From an uncultured Acidobacteriota bacterium (lineage in GTDB: Bacteria > Acidobacteriota > Thermoanaerobaculia > Multivoradales > UBA5704), in assembly GCA_963770895.1 (NCBI GenBank), contig CAVYRF010000002.1, positions 3,168,001 to 3,232,000 on the forward strand: a DNA stretch of 64,000 nucleotides, in the 5' to 3' direction. Of the stretch, positions 26,017 through 34,948 are shown in pieces; the first letter of the stretch is position 1, and the number at the start of each line of letters is the position of its first letter. The translations under genes were made by a program, and so were the position numbers. The notes under the pieces are model-generated. The model was not told the DNA's origin. It searched no databases and saw nothing but the letters and a program-made list of their open reading frames with translations.

Positions 26017-29000
26017 GGCCACGGGGTTCCCATTTCGATGACGCGGCAGAGCGCGTTGGCGAGCCGCATCTGGCGCGGCGTCCGGCACCGCACCCGCGCC
26101 AGGTCGGGGCTGGCGACCACCACGGCGAGGCAGCAGCCGCGCGAGGTCGCGACGTTGAGGCGGTGCAGGCTGTACAGAAACTCCATGCCGCGCGGCGCAT
26201 CCTGGGCGGTGCTCGTCGCCATCGAATAGATCGCGATCGGCGCTTCCTGACCCTGGAACTTGTCGACCGTGCCGACGAGCGCGTCGGGCAGCGCCTCGCT
26301 GATCGTCTTGACCTGCGCATTGTACGGCGTGATCACCAGCACGTCGCCCATGCCGAGTGGGCGTGATAAACCTTTCGAATCCGACCACGTCCCCGCCGCG
26401 GCAAGCAGCGCGCCGACGATGCGGGCGATGAGCGCCGCCTCCTCGCTCGACTCCTTGCCGTTGCCGGCATGCGGCACGGGGAGATAGCGCAAACCGGCGC
26501 CGTCGAGCGGTCCCGCGCCGCGCACTTGCTGCCGATCGCGGCCGGCCTCAGGCGCCAGGCGGTCGTCGTAGAAGGCGCTGGAGGTGAAGTCGCAGATCGC
26601 GGGATGCAGGCGCCACGTCCGCTCGAGGAAGAGCCCCAGCTCCGGCGGCATGGTGAGGGCACCCCCGAGCAGGTGGGCCAGCGCCGACTTCTCGGCTCCC
26701 GGCGGATGGCTGCCGCGCAAAGGCTGATCCAGCTGTTGCGGGTCGCCGAGCAGGACGAGATTGCGGGCGCTGGGCGCGACGGCCACCGTGTTGGCGAGCG
26801 ACATCTGGCCGGCCTCGTCAACGAACAGCGTGTCGACCGCCGCGCCGAAGTCCTCGCGCGCCCACATCCAGGCGGTGCCGCCGGCGACGTCGATCGCACG
26901 CTCCCGAAGCGCCCGCAGCAGCGACTCGTTGGTGCCGAAGCTTTGCGCGCCGGCGCAGGTGCAGCTCTCCCCGGCGCCGGGCTTCTGGCCGAGCCGCAAC
27001 GTCAGCTTGCGCGCCGCGGCGGCGAGCGCCACCTTGTCGAGCAGATTGCCGATCACCTTATGGCTGTTGGCGGTCACCCCCACCTGCCGGCCCGCCGCCA
27101 CCAGATCGACGATCATCTCGGTGCCGGTCGTCGTCTTGCCCGAGCCCGGCGGCCCCTGGATGGCGAGGCAGCCCCGGTCGAGGGCCAGGCCGAGCCGGCG
27201 CGCCGCCACCGCCGCCGGCTCGTCGCCGGCAAGGACGCTGCCCGCCGCCTGGCCGGCGCGCGGCGGCCGCCGCAGCAGGAGATCCCGCGCGGCCCCGTAG
27301 CGCCCGTCGCCCTGCTCGTTCTGCTCGCTCTGGAGACCGTGCTCGATCACCCACTCGGCCACCCGCAGCAGGCTGTCCTTCTGCTCCTGTGCCTTTACCA
27401 ACAGCTCCGGGATCACCGAGGTGGGGTGCGGCTCGGCGCTGGTCCGGCCGCGCTTGAGGTCGAGCGTCCCGGCCGCGGTGTCCACCGCGACCACCTCGAT
27501 CGACTTGCCGGTCGCGGGATCCTTGACCGGTCTGCCCGGGCTCACCTCGTGCTCCTGCGGTGGAAACCGATAGCGGTGCACCAGCGACCTGGCCACGGTA
27601 GCGACGACGCCCTCGTAGACTAGGCCGCCGATCGGCTCCGGCTCCTCGATCCTTTCCTCGTCGCTCAGCCCGACCAGGAAGAACCAGCGCCACCATGCCG
27701 CCTTGTCCTCGCGGCGGTGCCAGGAAAGCAGCTGCGCCAGCAGCCAGCGGGCGCGCGCCGCGTCGCAATCACCAGCCACCCCGGCCTCGGCGCCGACGGC
27801 GGTTTCGTCCTTCTCGTCTTTCTCGACGCTCGCGGGCCCGGCCGCGGCCGGATCGAAGCCGGCGGTCAAGCGCTCCTCCGCCGCCCTCACCCGCTCTAGA
27901 TATTCGGTCAGCGCCGGGCTCGGCGACGGCTCGGGCCGCGCCGGCCGCGCCAGCGGCGTACCGCCCAGCCGCTCGGCCAGCTCGCGCCGGCGCTCCTCCA
28001 GCCAGTCGCGCAGGCGCCAGTTCGAGCGGCAGTCGTCGCGGTTGTACGCTTCGACGTGCTCCCGAATCGCCGGATCGCCATCTGGGCGGCCGCCTTCGTC
28101 CAGCCAGGCCGAAAAGGTCGCGAGGCTCGCGCCGGCGTCGCGCAGATCGACGGCGCGCTCGAAGCCGTACAGGGGTTCCAGACACTTGATCGAGTAGCTC
28201 TCGACCGAGGCCCGCAGCGATTGCCGCACCACGCGATAGAGGTCGACCAACACGCCACCGCGCAGCAGGCGATCCACCGCGTCCTCGCGCGTGGCGTGGC
28301 GGCCCATGAGGCGGCTGAGCGCCGTGCGCTCGTAGGGCGCGTAGTGGTAGATGTGGAGGTGCGGATCGCGCTCCAGCCGCGCGATGAAGAAATCGACCGT
28401 CTGCTCGAAGGCCCGGCGTTCGCCGGCGAGACTGATGGCGCCGCCATCGTCCCAGGACCAGAAGCGGTGGAACGCCGGCTCGCTCGCGGCATCCGGGCAG
28501 CCCGGATCGACAATGCCGAAGAGGAAATCGACGCCATCTTCGAGCGCGAACGGATCCCCCTCCATGTCGAAGAAGAGGTCGCCCGGCGAGGGCGCGGGAA
28601 GACCCGCCAGGCCGAGCGCGGGCTCGAGCTCGCCGGCGCGCGTCCGTGGCGGTTCGAGCAGCTCGTAGAGCGTGCGTCCGGCGCGCTCGCCCTCCACCTG
28701 GATGCGGGCCTGCTCGCGAACGCGCGCCAGGGCCGCGTCCTTGGTGCCGGCGGCCGCTCCGCGTTCCGCCGGTGGCAGCAGGGCGAGGGCTTGCCGCGTC
28801 GTGACGTCGCGCTCGCGCAGGTCGCGCCGCTGCTGCGCGGTGATGCCGGCGACCAGCGAGAGGTCGTCGACGCGGCGCAGGTGCGCCCGGCACTCGCCGC
28901 TCCACCGGCAGACCTCGCAGTGCTCCACAGGGTCGGGGCGGGTGGGAGGCGGAAAGCAGGGGGCGCCGTGGATGGGGAGCGCTTCGAAGCGCTGCTTGAC

Positions 29001-29594
29001 CAGCCGGTAATAGGCCGCGTACGAGGCCACCCGATGCGCCTCGACGCGCCGCAAGCTGCCGCCGAGCACCACATGCATCCAGGTGGGAGTCACGCCCTGG
29101 ACGGCGGCCAGCAGCTCGCTGTAGAGCGACAGCTGCAGCACCGCGCCGGCAGTCGCTTGGCGCGCCAGCTTGGTGTCGTACACCTCGTAGCTCCAGGGGC
29201 CGAGGGCGCTCGGCACCTCGACGCGCACCAGGAAGTCGGCGTGGCCGCGCCAGCGCCCGTCGAAGAGCGTCGCCTGGTAGACGACGTCGTCGCCGCGATG
29301 CAAGGCGGCCGCCAAGTCCTCGACCGCGGCGCGGAGCGCCGTGCCGCTCCGCGCTCCCCAACCGTCGTTCGCCATCTCGGTGACGCGGCGCCCCTCGGCG
29401 CGGAGCGCCGCCAGGAACCGCTTCTCGTGCTCCAGGCCGCGCCGCGCGATCGCGTCGAGCTCGGGATCCTCGCGGAAGGGCCGCTTGGCGAGGCCGGCGA
29501 GCGCCGCGGCCTCGAGATGCGCCAGGTGCTCGCAGGCCAGGTAACCGACGAGGTCGGTAGCGCTCCAAACGGTTTGGCCGTCGATCCGCTGCAT
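26013..29594 (-). CDS. TM0106-family RecB/Cas4-like nuclease + RNase H-like domain + SF1 (Upf1/Dna2-like) helicase
   Basis: SATDL...C, GHADFL, YDTK, QLSLY, CEVCRWSGEC; FFDMEG, DLY, YNRDD; QGPPGSGKT, DEAGQ, GDPQQL, TPYNAQ, TVDKFQGQE, RLNVATSR. Confidence 0.92.
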   Translation of the reverse strand: MQRIDGQTVWSATDLVGYLACEHLAHLEAAALAGLAKRPFREDPELDAIARRGLEHEKRFLAALRAEGRRVTEMANDGWGARSGTALRAAVEDLAAALHRGDDVVYQATLFDGRWRGHADFLVRVEVPSALGPWSYEVYDTKLARQATAGAVLQLSLYSELLAAVQGVTPTWMHVVLGGSLRRVEAHRVASYAAYYRLVKQRFEALPIHGAPCFPPPTRPDPVEHCEVCRWSGECRAHLRRVDDLSLVAGITAQQRRDLRERDVTTRQALALLPPAERGAAAGTKDAALARVREQARIQVEGERAGRTLYELLEPPRTRAGELEPALGLAGLPAPSPGDLFFDMEGDPFALEDGVDFLFGIVDPGCPDAASEPAFHRFWSWDDGGAISLAGERRAFEQTVDFFIARLERDPHLHIYHYAPYERTALSRLMGRHATREDAVDRLLRGGVLVDLYRVVRQSLRASVESYSIKCLEPLYGFERAVDLRDAGASLATFSAWLDEGGRPDGDPAIREHVEAYNRDDCRSNWRLRDWLEERRRELAERLGGTPLARPARPEPSPSPALTEYLERVRAAEERLTAGFDPAAAGPASVEKDEKDETAVGAEAGVAGDCDAARARWLLAQLLSWHRREDKAAWWRWFFLVGLSDEERIEEPEPIGGLVYEGVVATVARSLVHRYRFPPQEHEVSPGRPVKDPATGKSIEVVAVDTAAGTLDLKRGRTSAEPHPTSVIPELLVKAQEQKDSLLRVAEWVIEHGLQSEQNEQGDGRYGAARDLLLRRPPRAGQAAGSVLAGDEPAAVAARRLGLALDRGCLAIQGPPGSGKTTTGTEMIVDLVAAGRQVGVTANSHKVIGNLLDKVALAAAARKLTLRLGQKPGAGESCTCAGAQSFGTNESLLRALRERAIDVAGGTAWMWAREDFGAAVDTLFVDEAGQMSLANTVAVAPSARNLVLLGDPQQLDQPLRGSHPPGAEKSALAHLLGGALTMPPELGLFLERTWRLHPAICDFTSSAFYDDRLAPEAGRDRQQVRGAGPLDGAGLRYLPVPHAGNGKESSEEAALIARIVGALLAAAGTWSDSKGLSRPLGMGDVLVITPYNAQVKTISEALPDALVGTVDKFQGQEAPIAIYSMATSTAQDAPRGMEFLYSLHRLNVATSRGCCLAVVVASPDLARVRCRTPRQMRLANALCRVIEMGTPWP

Positions 29595-29642
29595 GACGTA
29601 GCCGAAGGTGACGTGGGGACCGAGCCACTGTAGCAGAAACCC

Positions 29643-29664
29643 TCGAAGATGCTTAGATCTTCGA
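29643..29664. promoter_or_regulatory. Perfect 8-6-8 inverted repeat, candidate operator
   Basis: TCGAAGAT-gcttag-ATCTTCGA, about 50 bp upstream of the nuclease-helicase ATG. Confidence 0.5.
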
Positions 29665-29835
29665 CAAAGCACCTCCTGCACAAACACTGTCCAAGGACAG
29701 CGCCCGCCTACCGGGTTGCTGCGGGTTTGCGTGCTCTTGTGCTATGCTTTTGGGGCTATCGACTGACGTCACGTCTGCCAGGTCACGCTTGCAACCAACG
29801 CCGCAGCTCTGACCTGTACCGCTGGCCCTATCGCC

Positions 29836-30177
29836 ATGATCGTGGAGAAGCGCCATCTGGAGGGGGGGATCACTCTCCTCAACGTCGAAGGGGTCATCAA
29901 GCTGGGGGAGAGTGCGCAGTTTTTCGCCCAGACCCTGGACCGCACGCTGACCGACGACACCAGCCACGTGATCATCGACTTCAGCCGCATCAACTACATC
30001 GATTCGACCGGCATCGGCGAGCTGGTCGGCTACCTGGGCCGCTTTCGCAGCTTCCGGCGGGAACTGGTGCTGGTCAACCCGTCGGATCGCATCCGCAAGC
30101 TGCTGCACGTGGCGCGCCTGGACACGCTGTTCCCCACCTACGACTCGGTGGACGCGGCGCTCGCGGCGCAGCGCTGA
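29836..30177 (+). CDS. STAS-domain anti-sigma factor antagonist
   Basis: VIIDFSRINYIDSTGIGELV (phosphorylatable Ser in DSTG). Confidence 0.93.
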   Translation: MIVEKRHLEGGITLLNVEGVIKLGESAQFFAQTLDRTLTDDTSHVIIDFSRINYIDSTGIGELVGYLGRFRSFRRELVLVNPSDRIRKLLHVARLDTLFPTYDSVDAALAAQR

Positions 30178-30305
30178 TCCGCCCGCTCCCGCCGGCCGCT
30201 AACCCCGCTGCAGACGATCGCCGTTGCTCGCCCGCGGCCGGCAAGGGTCGTTCAGGGTCGGGGTTGGGTCCCTAACATGTGCGGGTCAGGTACACTACCG
30301 GGTTG

Positions 30306-30887
30306 ATGGCACGCCGCAGACTGCCGCTTTGGATGCGGATCGCCGCCGGCCTGCTTGCGGCCGCCACTCTGGCCGGCTGCGGCACGATCGCGCACTGGAT
30401 GGACGCGCGGCGGGCCAGGAAGGGGCCCTATGCGATCGTCAGCCCGGCGGTCGCCTTCGAGATCATGCGCGATGCGCCGCTGGTCTTTGTCCTGGACCTG
30501 CGCTCGCCCGAAGCTTTTCAGGGGCCGTACGGCCACGTCCGCAACGCTTTCAACATCCCGCTGGGACGCCTGCCCTACCGGCTGCTGGAGATGCGGGCCT
30601 ACAACCGTGAAACCTTCCTGGTCTACTGCGACACCGCCGATTGCGGCCTTGCCGGCATGAAGGTCCTGAAGGACAGCGGCTTCACCGACGCGGTCCTGAT
30701 CCGCGGCGGCATCGGCGGCTGGCTCTGCGGCGGCTTCGCCACCTTCGTGCGAACCGGCACCGTGATTCCGGCCAATGCCAAGGTCCGCAAGCGCAAGAAC
30801 GTCGAGCTTGAGCCGGACAGCAACCAGACGCAATACGAGCTGCAGGTCATCCCGCCTCCCCTGGCACAGTCTTGCGGCAACGGGTGA
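30306..30887 (+). CDS. Rhodanese-domain lipoprotein
   Basis: Lipobox LAGC; LDLRSPEAF, GHVRNAFNIP, VYCDT, GGIGGW. Confidence 0.85.
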   Translation: MARRRLPLWMRIAAGLLAAATLAGCGTIAHWMDARRARKGPYAIVSPAVAFEIMRDAPLVFVLDLRSPEAFQGPYGHVRNAFNIPLGRLPYRLLEMRAYNRETFLVYCDTADCGLAGMKVLKDSGFTDAVLIRGGIGGWLCGGFATFVRTGTVIPANAKVRKRKNVELEPDSNQTQYELQVIPPPLAQSCGNG

Positions 30888-30915
30888 CCGCCGCGGCTCT
30901 TCTTCGGAGACCCTG

Positions 30916-32361
30916 ATGACGGTACAAAGCCCTGTTCCCACCGCCACCGCCGCCCTGCGCGAGGCGCAGCAGCGATTTGGCGAGCGCATCGTGCTGGACC
31001 TGGAATCGCGCAGCGCCCTGCGCTCCGACTTCGGCCGCATGGTGGACGACCTGCCGGCGGCCGTGGGCCGCTGCGCCTCGGCGGAGGAGGTTGCCGAGCT
31101 GGTCCGCTTCTGCCGCGAAAAGCACATCCCCATCGTGTCGCGCGGCCAGGCGCACTGCCAGAGCGGCCAGTCCACCTCGAACGGCGGCATCGTGCTGGAC
31201 ACCTCCGCCATGGCGGTCATTCACGAGATCGACCAGGCCGGACAGACCGCCACCGTCGGCGGCGGCGTCCTCTGGCGCGACCTGGTGGACGCCACCCTGC
31301 CGCTCGGTCTGGTGCCGCGCGTGCTGACCAACAACCTGGGCGTCAGCATCGGCGGCACCCTGTCGGTGGCGGGCCTGGGCGTCGCCAGCTTCCGCTATGG
31401 CGCGCAGGCCGACAACGTGATCGAGATGCAGGTGGTCACCGGCGCCGGCGACATCGTGACGTGCTCAGCGCGCGAAAACCGCGAGCTGTTCGACGTGGTG
31501 CGCTGCGGCCTGGGCCAGTTCGCGGTCATCGTCAGCGCCAAGCTGCGGCTGCGGGCCTGCAAGCCGACGGTGCGCATGTTCTACCTGCTGTACGACGACC
31601 TGGCGACGCTGATGCGCGACGTCGAGGGCATCATGCAGCCGGGGACGGCGTGGACCTCGCTCGAAGCCTGGTGTACCCCCTGCCTGCAGGGCATGCGGCA
31701 CATCGGCGAGGGCATGGAGCTGGGCGAAGGGATCCAGACGTTCGCGCAGTGGTTCTACCCGCTGCACCTGACCGTCGACCTCGATCCCGACGAAGCGGCC
31801 GGCCACGACGACGCAGCGGTGCTCGCCGCCCTGCACCCCTATCGCCACGTCCACACCGAGGACTTCTCGCAGCACGAGTTCTGCCACCGCATGGACCCGG
31901 TCTTCGAGCTCTGGCGGCGCAGCGGCTACTGGGACATGCCGCACCCGTGGACCGAAACCATCCTGCCGTGGGACACGGCGCACCAGTTCATCGAGCAGGT
32001 GCTGGCGGCCACCCCGCCGCAGGCGCTGGGGCCGGGCGGCCACATCCTGCTGTGGCCGGCCTACGGTCCCACGTCCGAAGCGCCGCTGTTCATGCATCCG
32101 CCGGGCGACCTGGTGATGGGTTGGGGCATCCTGCCCGGCGTGCCGCGCGCCTTCCTGCAGCGCGGCCTGGCGCAGCTGGACATGGTGAGCGACATGTCCG
32201 TCCTCTTCGGCGGCAAGCGCTACCTGTCGGGCTACATCACCTACGATTCCGCCGAAAAGTGGGCTCAGCACTTTGGCGACCAGTGGCCCCGCATCCAGGC
32301 CGCCAAGCGCACCTTCGACCCCGACGGCATCCTGGCGCCCGGCTTCATCATCTACGAGTAG
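30916..32361 (+). CDS. FAD-linked oxidoreductase (VAO/PCMH fold), cytokinin dehydrogenase-like
   Basis: DFG, RGQAHCQSGQS, IGGTLSVAG, GLGQF, PHPW, KRYL, KRTFDPDGILAPG. Confidence 0.85.
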   Translation: MTVQSPVPTATAALREAQQRFGERIVLDLESRSALRSDFGRMVDDLPAAVGRCASAEEVAELVRFCREKHIPIVSRGQAHCQSGQSTSNGGIVLDTSAMAVIHEIDQAGQTATVGGGVLWRDLVDATLPLGLVPRVLTNNLGVSIGGTLSVAGLGVASFRYGAQADNVIEMQVVTGAGDIVTCSARENRELFDVVRCGLGQFAVIVSAKLRLRACKPTVRMFYLLYDDLATLMRDVEGIMQPGTAWTSLEAWCTPCLQGMRHIGEGMELGEGIQTFAQWFYPLHLTVDLDPDEAAGHDDAAVLAALHPYRHVHTEDFSQHEFCHRMDPVFELWRRSGYWDMPHPWTETILPWDTAHQFIEQVLAATPPQALGPGGHILLWPAYGPTSEAPLFMHPPGDLVMGWGILPGVPRAFLQRGLAQLDMVSDMSVLFGGKRYLSGYITYDSAEKWAQHFGDQWPRIQAAKRTFDPDGILAPGFIIYE

Positions 32362-32364
32362 TGG

Positions 32365-34455
32365 TCACTGGCCCGCGGGGCCGTCCGGCGCCAGCCGCAG
32401 GGCGGTGCGGGCGGCCGCGGCGGCGGCCTCGCGCGCGTAGTCTTCGCCGTCCAGCGTTTGCCGCAGCCGGTCGGCGGCCGGGGCGACCATGGGGAGCGCA
32501 TGCCAGGTGAAAGGCTGCCCCGTGGCGGCGTCCAGCACCCGCCCCTGGTCGATGGCCAGCGTGGCGGCGGTCAGCGGCACGCGGACGAACACCGCGGCCA
32601 GGGCGCGGAACAGCCCTTCGTCCCGCGGGTCCAGGAACCGCCCGCCGCCGTACCAGCTCTGCACCGCGATGTGGTAGTGCGCCGGCACCCAGAGCAGCGC
32701 ATCCAGCTGCAGGCGCTCGCTGGCCGCGACCAGCAGCGCCACCGCCTCGCGCAGCATGCCCAGGCCGGGATGGTCCTGGCCGGGCAGGCGTGGCCGCGCG
32801 GCGGAAAAGGCGGCGCGCGGGTTCTGCAGCAGCAGCCACTCCACCCGCAGCAGCACCAGGTCGGCGATCGTGCGGCGGTCGATCGATAGCCGCACTTCGG
32901 CCAGCATCGCCCGCGCGTCCGTATCGCCGTACACCCGCACCGTCTCGCCGCCGGGATGATCCAGGTCGAGCATCACCGACGGGTGCGCAAAGCCCAGCCG
33001 CCGCAGCTTTTCCAGCACCCCGCGCCGCTCCAGCGCCAGCTCGATCTGCTGGCGGGTGAAGACGCCGAACAGCCGGAACGGCCGGTGCGCTCCCCCCAGG
33101 CTCCCCAACAGGTCTTCCGTCGTCAGCTGCCAGTCCGCCACCGCTGCCGGAGCCGGTGCGGCGCGGGACACCGCGTGGAGCGCGCCAGCCGCCGTGCCGG
33201 CGACTCTCCGCCAGGCAGGGGCTGGCCGGTTGGTCGCGCCGTTGCGCCAGCGCCCAGGCCGCCCGGCGGCCGACGGGCCTGCCGGCCGCCGCGTGCGATA
33301 GCGGTAGCGCGCCAGCATCGCGTCGGCGGCCGCGGACCCGGCAGGCGGCTCGACCGGTCTGCCGCCCGGGCGCAAGCTGGACAGGAAGCGGGCGGTGTAG
33401 CGCCACGCACCGGGGCCGTAGCCGCCGGCGAGCAGCATCACCATCGGCACCGGCGGCAGATCGCGGGCGCGCCGCCGCCTCACCAGGTCGTACACCATGC
33501 GGTCGCGCCGCAGCATGCCATCCGCCGAGATCCGCCAATTGCCGATGGCGTCGTCGGCCGCCGGGTCGCAGCCCGCCAGGTAGAAAACCAGTCCCGGCGC
33601 CGCCGCGGCAAACGCGCCCGGCAACCGCTCGGCCACCGCCGCCAGGTACCCGTCGTCGCCCACCCCATCCCCCAGCGCCACGGTCGTCGCCGCGCCGCTG
33701 CCGCCCGCCGCGCCGCTGTCGCTTGCCGCACCGTCGCCAGGTCCGGCATTGCCTCCGCTCAGCGCGGCGCCGCCGGTCGCGGCGTCGTCGCCCGCTGCGG
33801 CACCCGTGCTGCCCGCCGGCTCGAAGGTGGTGTGGTTGTGGATGGAAAAGGTGTGGACGCTCGGGTCGCGGGCAAAGATCGAGCGCGTGCCGTCGTCGTC
33901 GTGCAGGTCCAGGTCGATCACCAGGACGGGGGCCGCAAAGCCTTCGGCGCGCAGGGTCGCGACGGCGACGGCGACGTCGTTGAAGATGCAGAAGCGCTGC
34001 CCCTTGTCGGCGAAGCCATGGTGCAGGCCGCCACCCAGGTTGACTGTCAGGCGCCCCGACGCCAGGGCCAGCCGGCTGGCGGCCAGGGTGCCGCCGACCA
34101 TCGCGCGCTGGGACTCGACCGCCCGTTCGGCCAGGGCGTCCGGCAGCTCGAAGCCGAAGATGGGCAGCAGCGATGCCGGCTGCGACAGCGAATCGAGGTA
34201 GTCGTCCGAGTGCACCCGGCGCAGGTCGCGGAAGCTGGCCGGCTCGGCCCGGTGCAGGTGCCGGCGGTCCAGCAGCCCCGCGGCATCCAGCGCCGCCAGG
34301 ACGCGCTCCCCCCGCCGTACATCGACGCCCGGCAGGTCGAGCTGGTAGCGGTCGCTATGCACCAGGTCGAGCCGCGGCGCCCACAACCGCCGCACGACCC
34401 GCCGCCGCACCCGCCGCGCGCACCGCACACCTGCCTGACAGAGGGCCCCCACCAA
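32365..34455 (-). CDS. Histone deacetylase family protein with extra C-terminal domain
   Basis: RVHSDDY, GGGLHH, FCIFNDV, DLDLH, GCD, LAGGY; start uncertain. Confidence 0.88.
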   Translation of the reverse strand: MVGALCQAGVRCARRVRRRVVRRLWAPRLDLVHSDRYQLDLPGVDVRRGERVLAALDAAGLLDRRHLHRAEPASFRDLRRVHSDDYLDSLSQPASLLPIFGFELPDALAERAVESQRAMVGGTLAASRLALASGRLTVNLGGGLHHGFADKGQRFCIFNDVAVAVATLRAEGFAAPVLVIDLDLHDDDGTRSIFARDPSVHTFSIHNHTTFEPAGSTGAAAGDDAATGGAALSGGNAGPGDGAASDSGAAGGSGAATTVALGDGVGDDGYLAAVAERLPGAFAAAAPGLVFYLAGCDPAADDAIGNWRISADGMLRRDRMVYDLVRRRRARDLPPVPMVMLLAGGYGPGAWRYTARFLSSLRPGGRPVEPPAGSAAADAMLARYRYRTRRPAGPSAAGRPGRWRNGATNRPAPAWRRVAGTAAGALHAVSRAAPAPAAVADWQLTTEDLLGSLGGAHRPFRLFGVFTRQQIELALERRGVLEKLRRLGFAHPSVMLDLDHPGGETVRVYGDTDARAMLAEVRLSIDRRTIADLVLLRVEWLLLQNPRAAFSAARPRLPGQDHPGLGMLREAVALLVAASERLQLDALLWVPAHYHIAVQSWYGGGRFLDPRDEGLFRALAAVFVRVPLTAATLAIDQGRVLDAATGQPFTWHALPMVAPAADRLRQTLDGEDYAREAAAAAARTALRLAPDGPAGQ

Positions 34456-34585
34456 CCCAGCTTACTCCGCCCGGCCCGGACCTCACCAGCATACCGGCCG
34501 CGCTGTCGGCGCCCCCCCGCCCGGCAGCTGGAAGCTCACCGGGATACCGGCTCTGCTAATGTCGGTGGTCAGTTGGGAGGAAGCG

Positions 34586-34882
34586 ATGGACTGGGACGGG
34601 ATGGACAAGGACGCGGTGGAGCTGCCGATCACGGATGTGCTGGATCTGCATAGCTTCCTTCCCGCGGACGTGCCGGACGTGGTGCGCGACTACCTGGACC
34701 TGGCGTATGTGCAGGGGCTGCGCGAGCTGCGCATCATTCATGGGCGCGGCGCGGGGGTGCAGCGGCGCACGGTGCGCGAGCTGCTGGGGCGCGACCCGCG
34801 GGTCAAGAGCTTTGGCGACGCGCCGCCCGAAGCCGGCGGCTGGGGCGCCACCTGGCTGAAGCTGCGCGGCGGCCAGCGCTAA
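34586..34882 (+). CDS. Standalone Smr domain protein
   Basis: LDLH, IIHGRGAG, GGWGAT. Confidence 0.92.
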   Translation: MDWDGMDKDAVELPITDVLDLHSFLPADVPDVVRDYLDLAYVQGLRELRIIHGRGAGVQRRTVRELLGRDPRVKSFGDAPPEAGGWGATWLKLRGGQR

Positions 34883-34948
34883 AAGCTCGCCACGGCGGCG
34901 TGACCATCACCCGCACGCCCGCACACCCGCAAAACTGTCCCGCCAGGT

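Noticed and set aside
18219-29670. Similarity of AGATGC...ATCT.TTCGA at 18220 and 29647 as possible att sites flanking an island
   Set aside because: Match is short and gapped, and no integrase or tRNA gene is nearby
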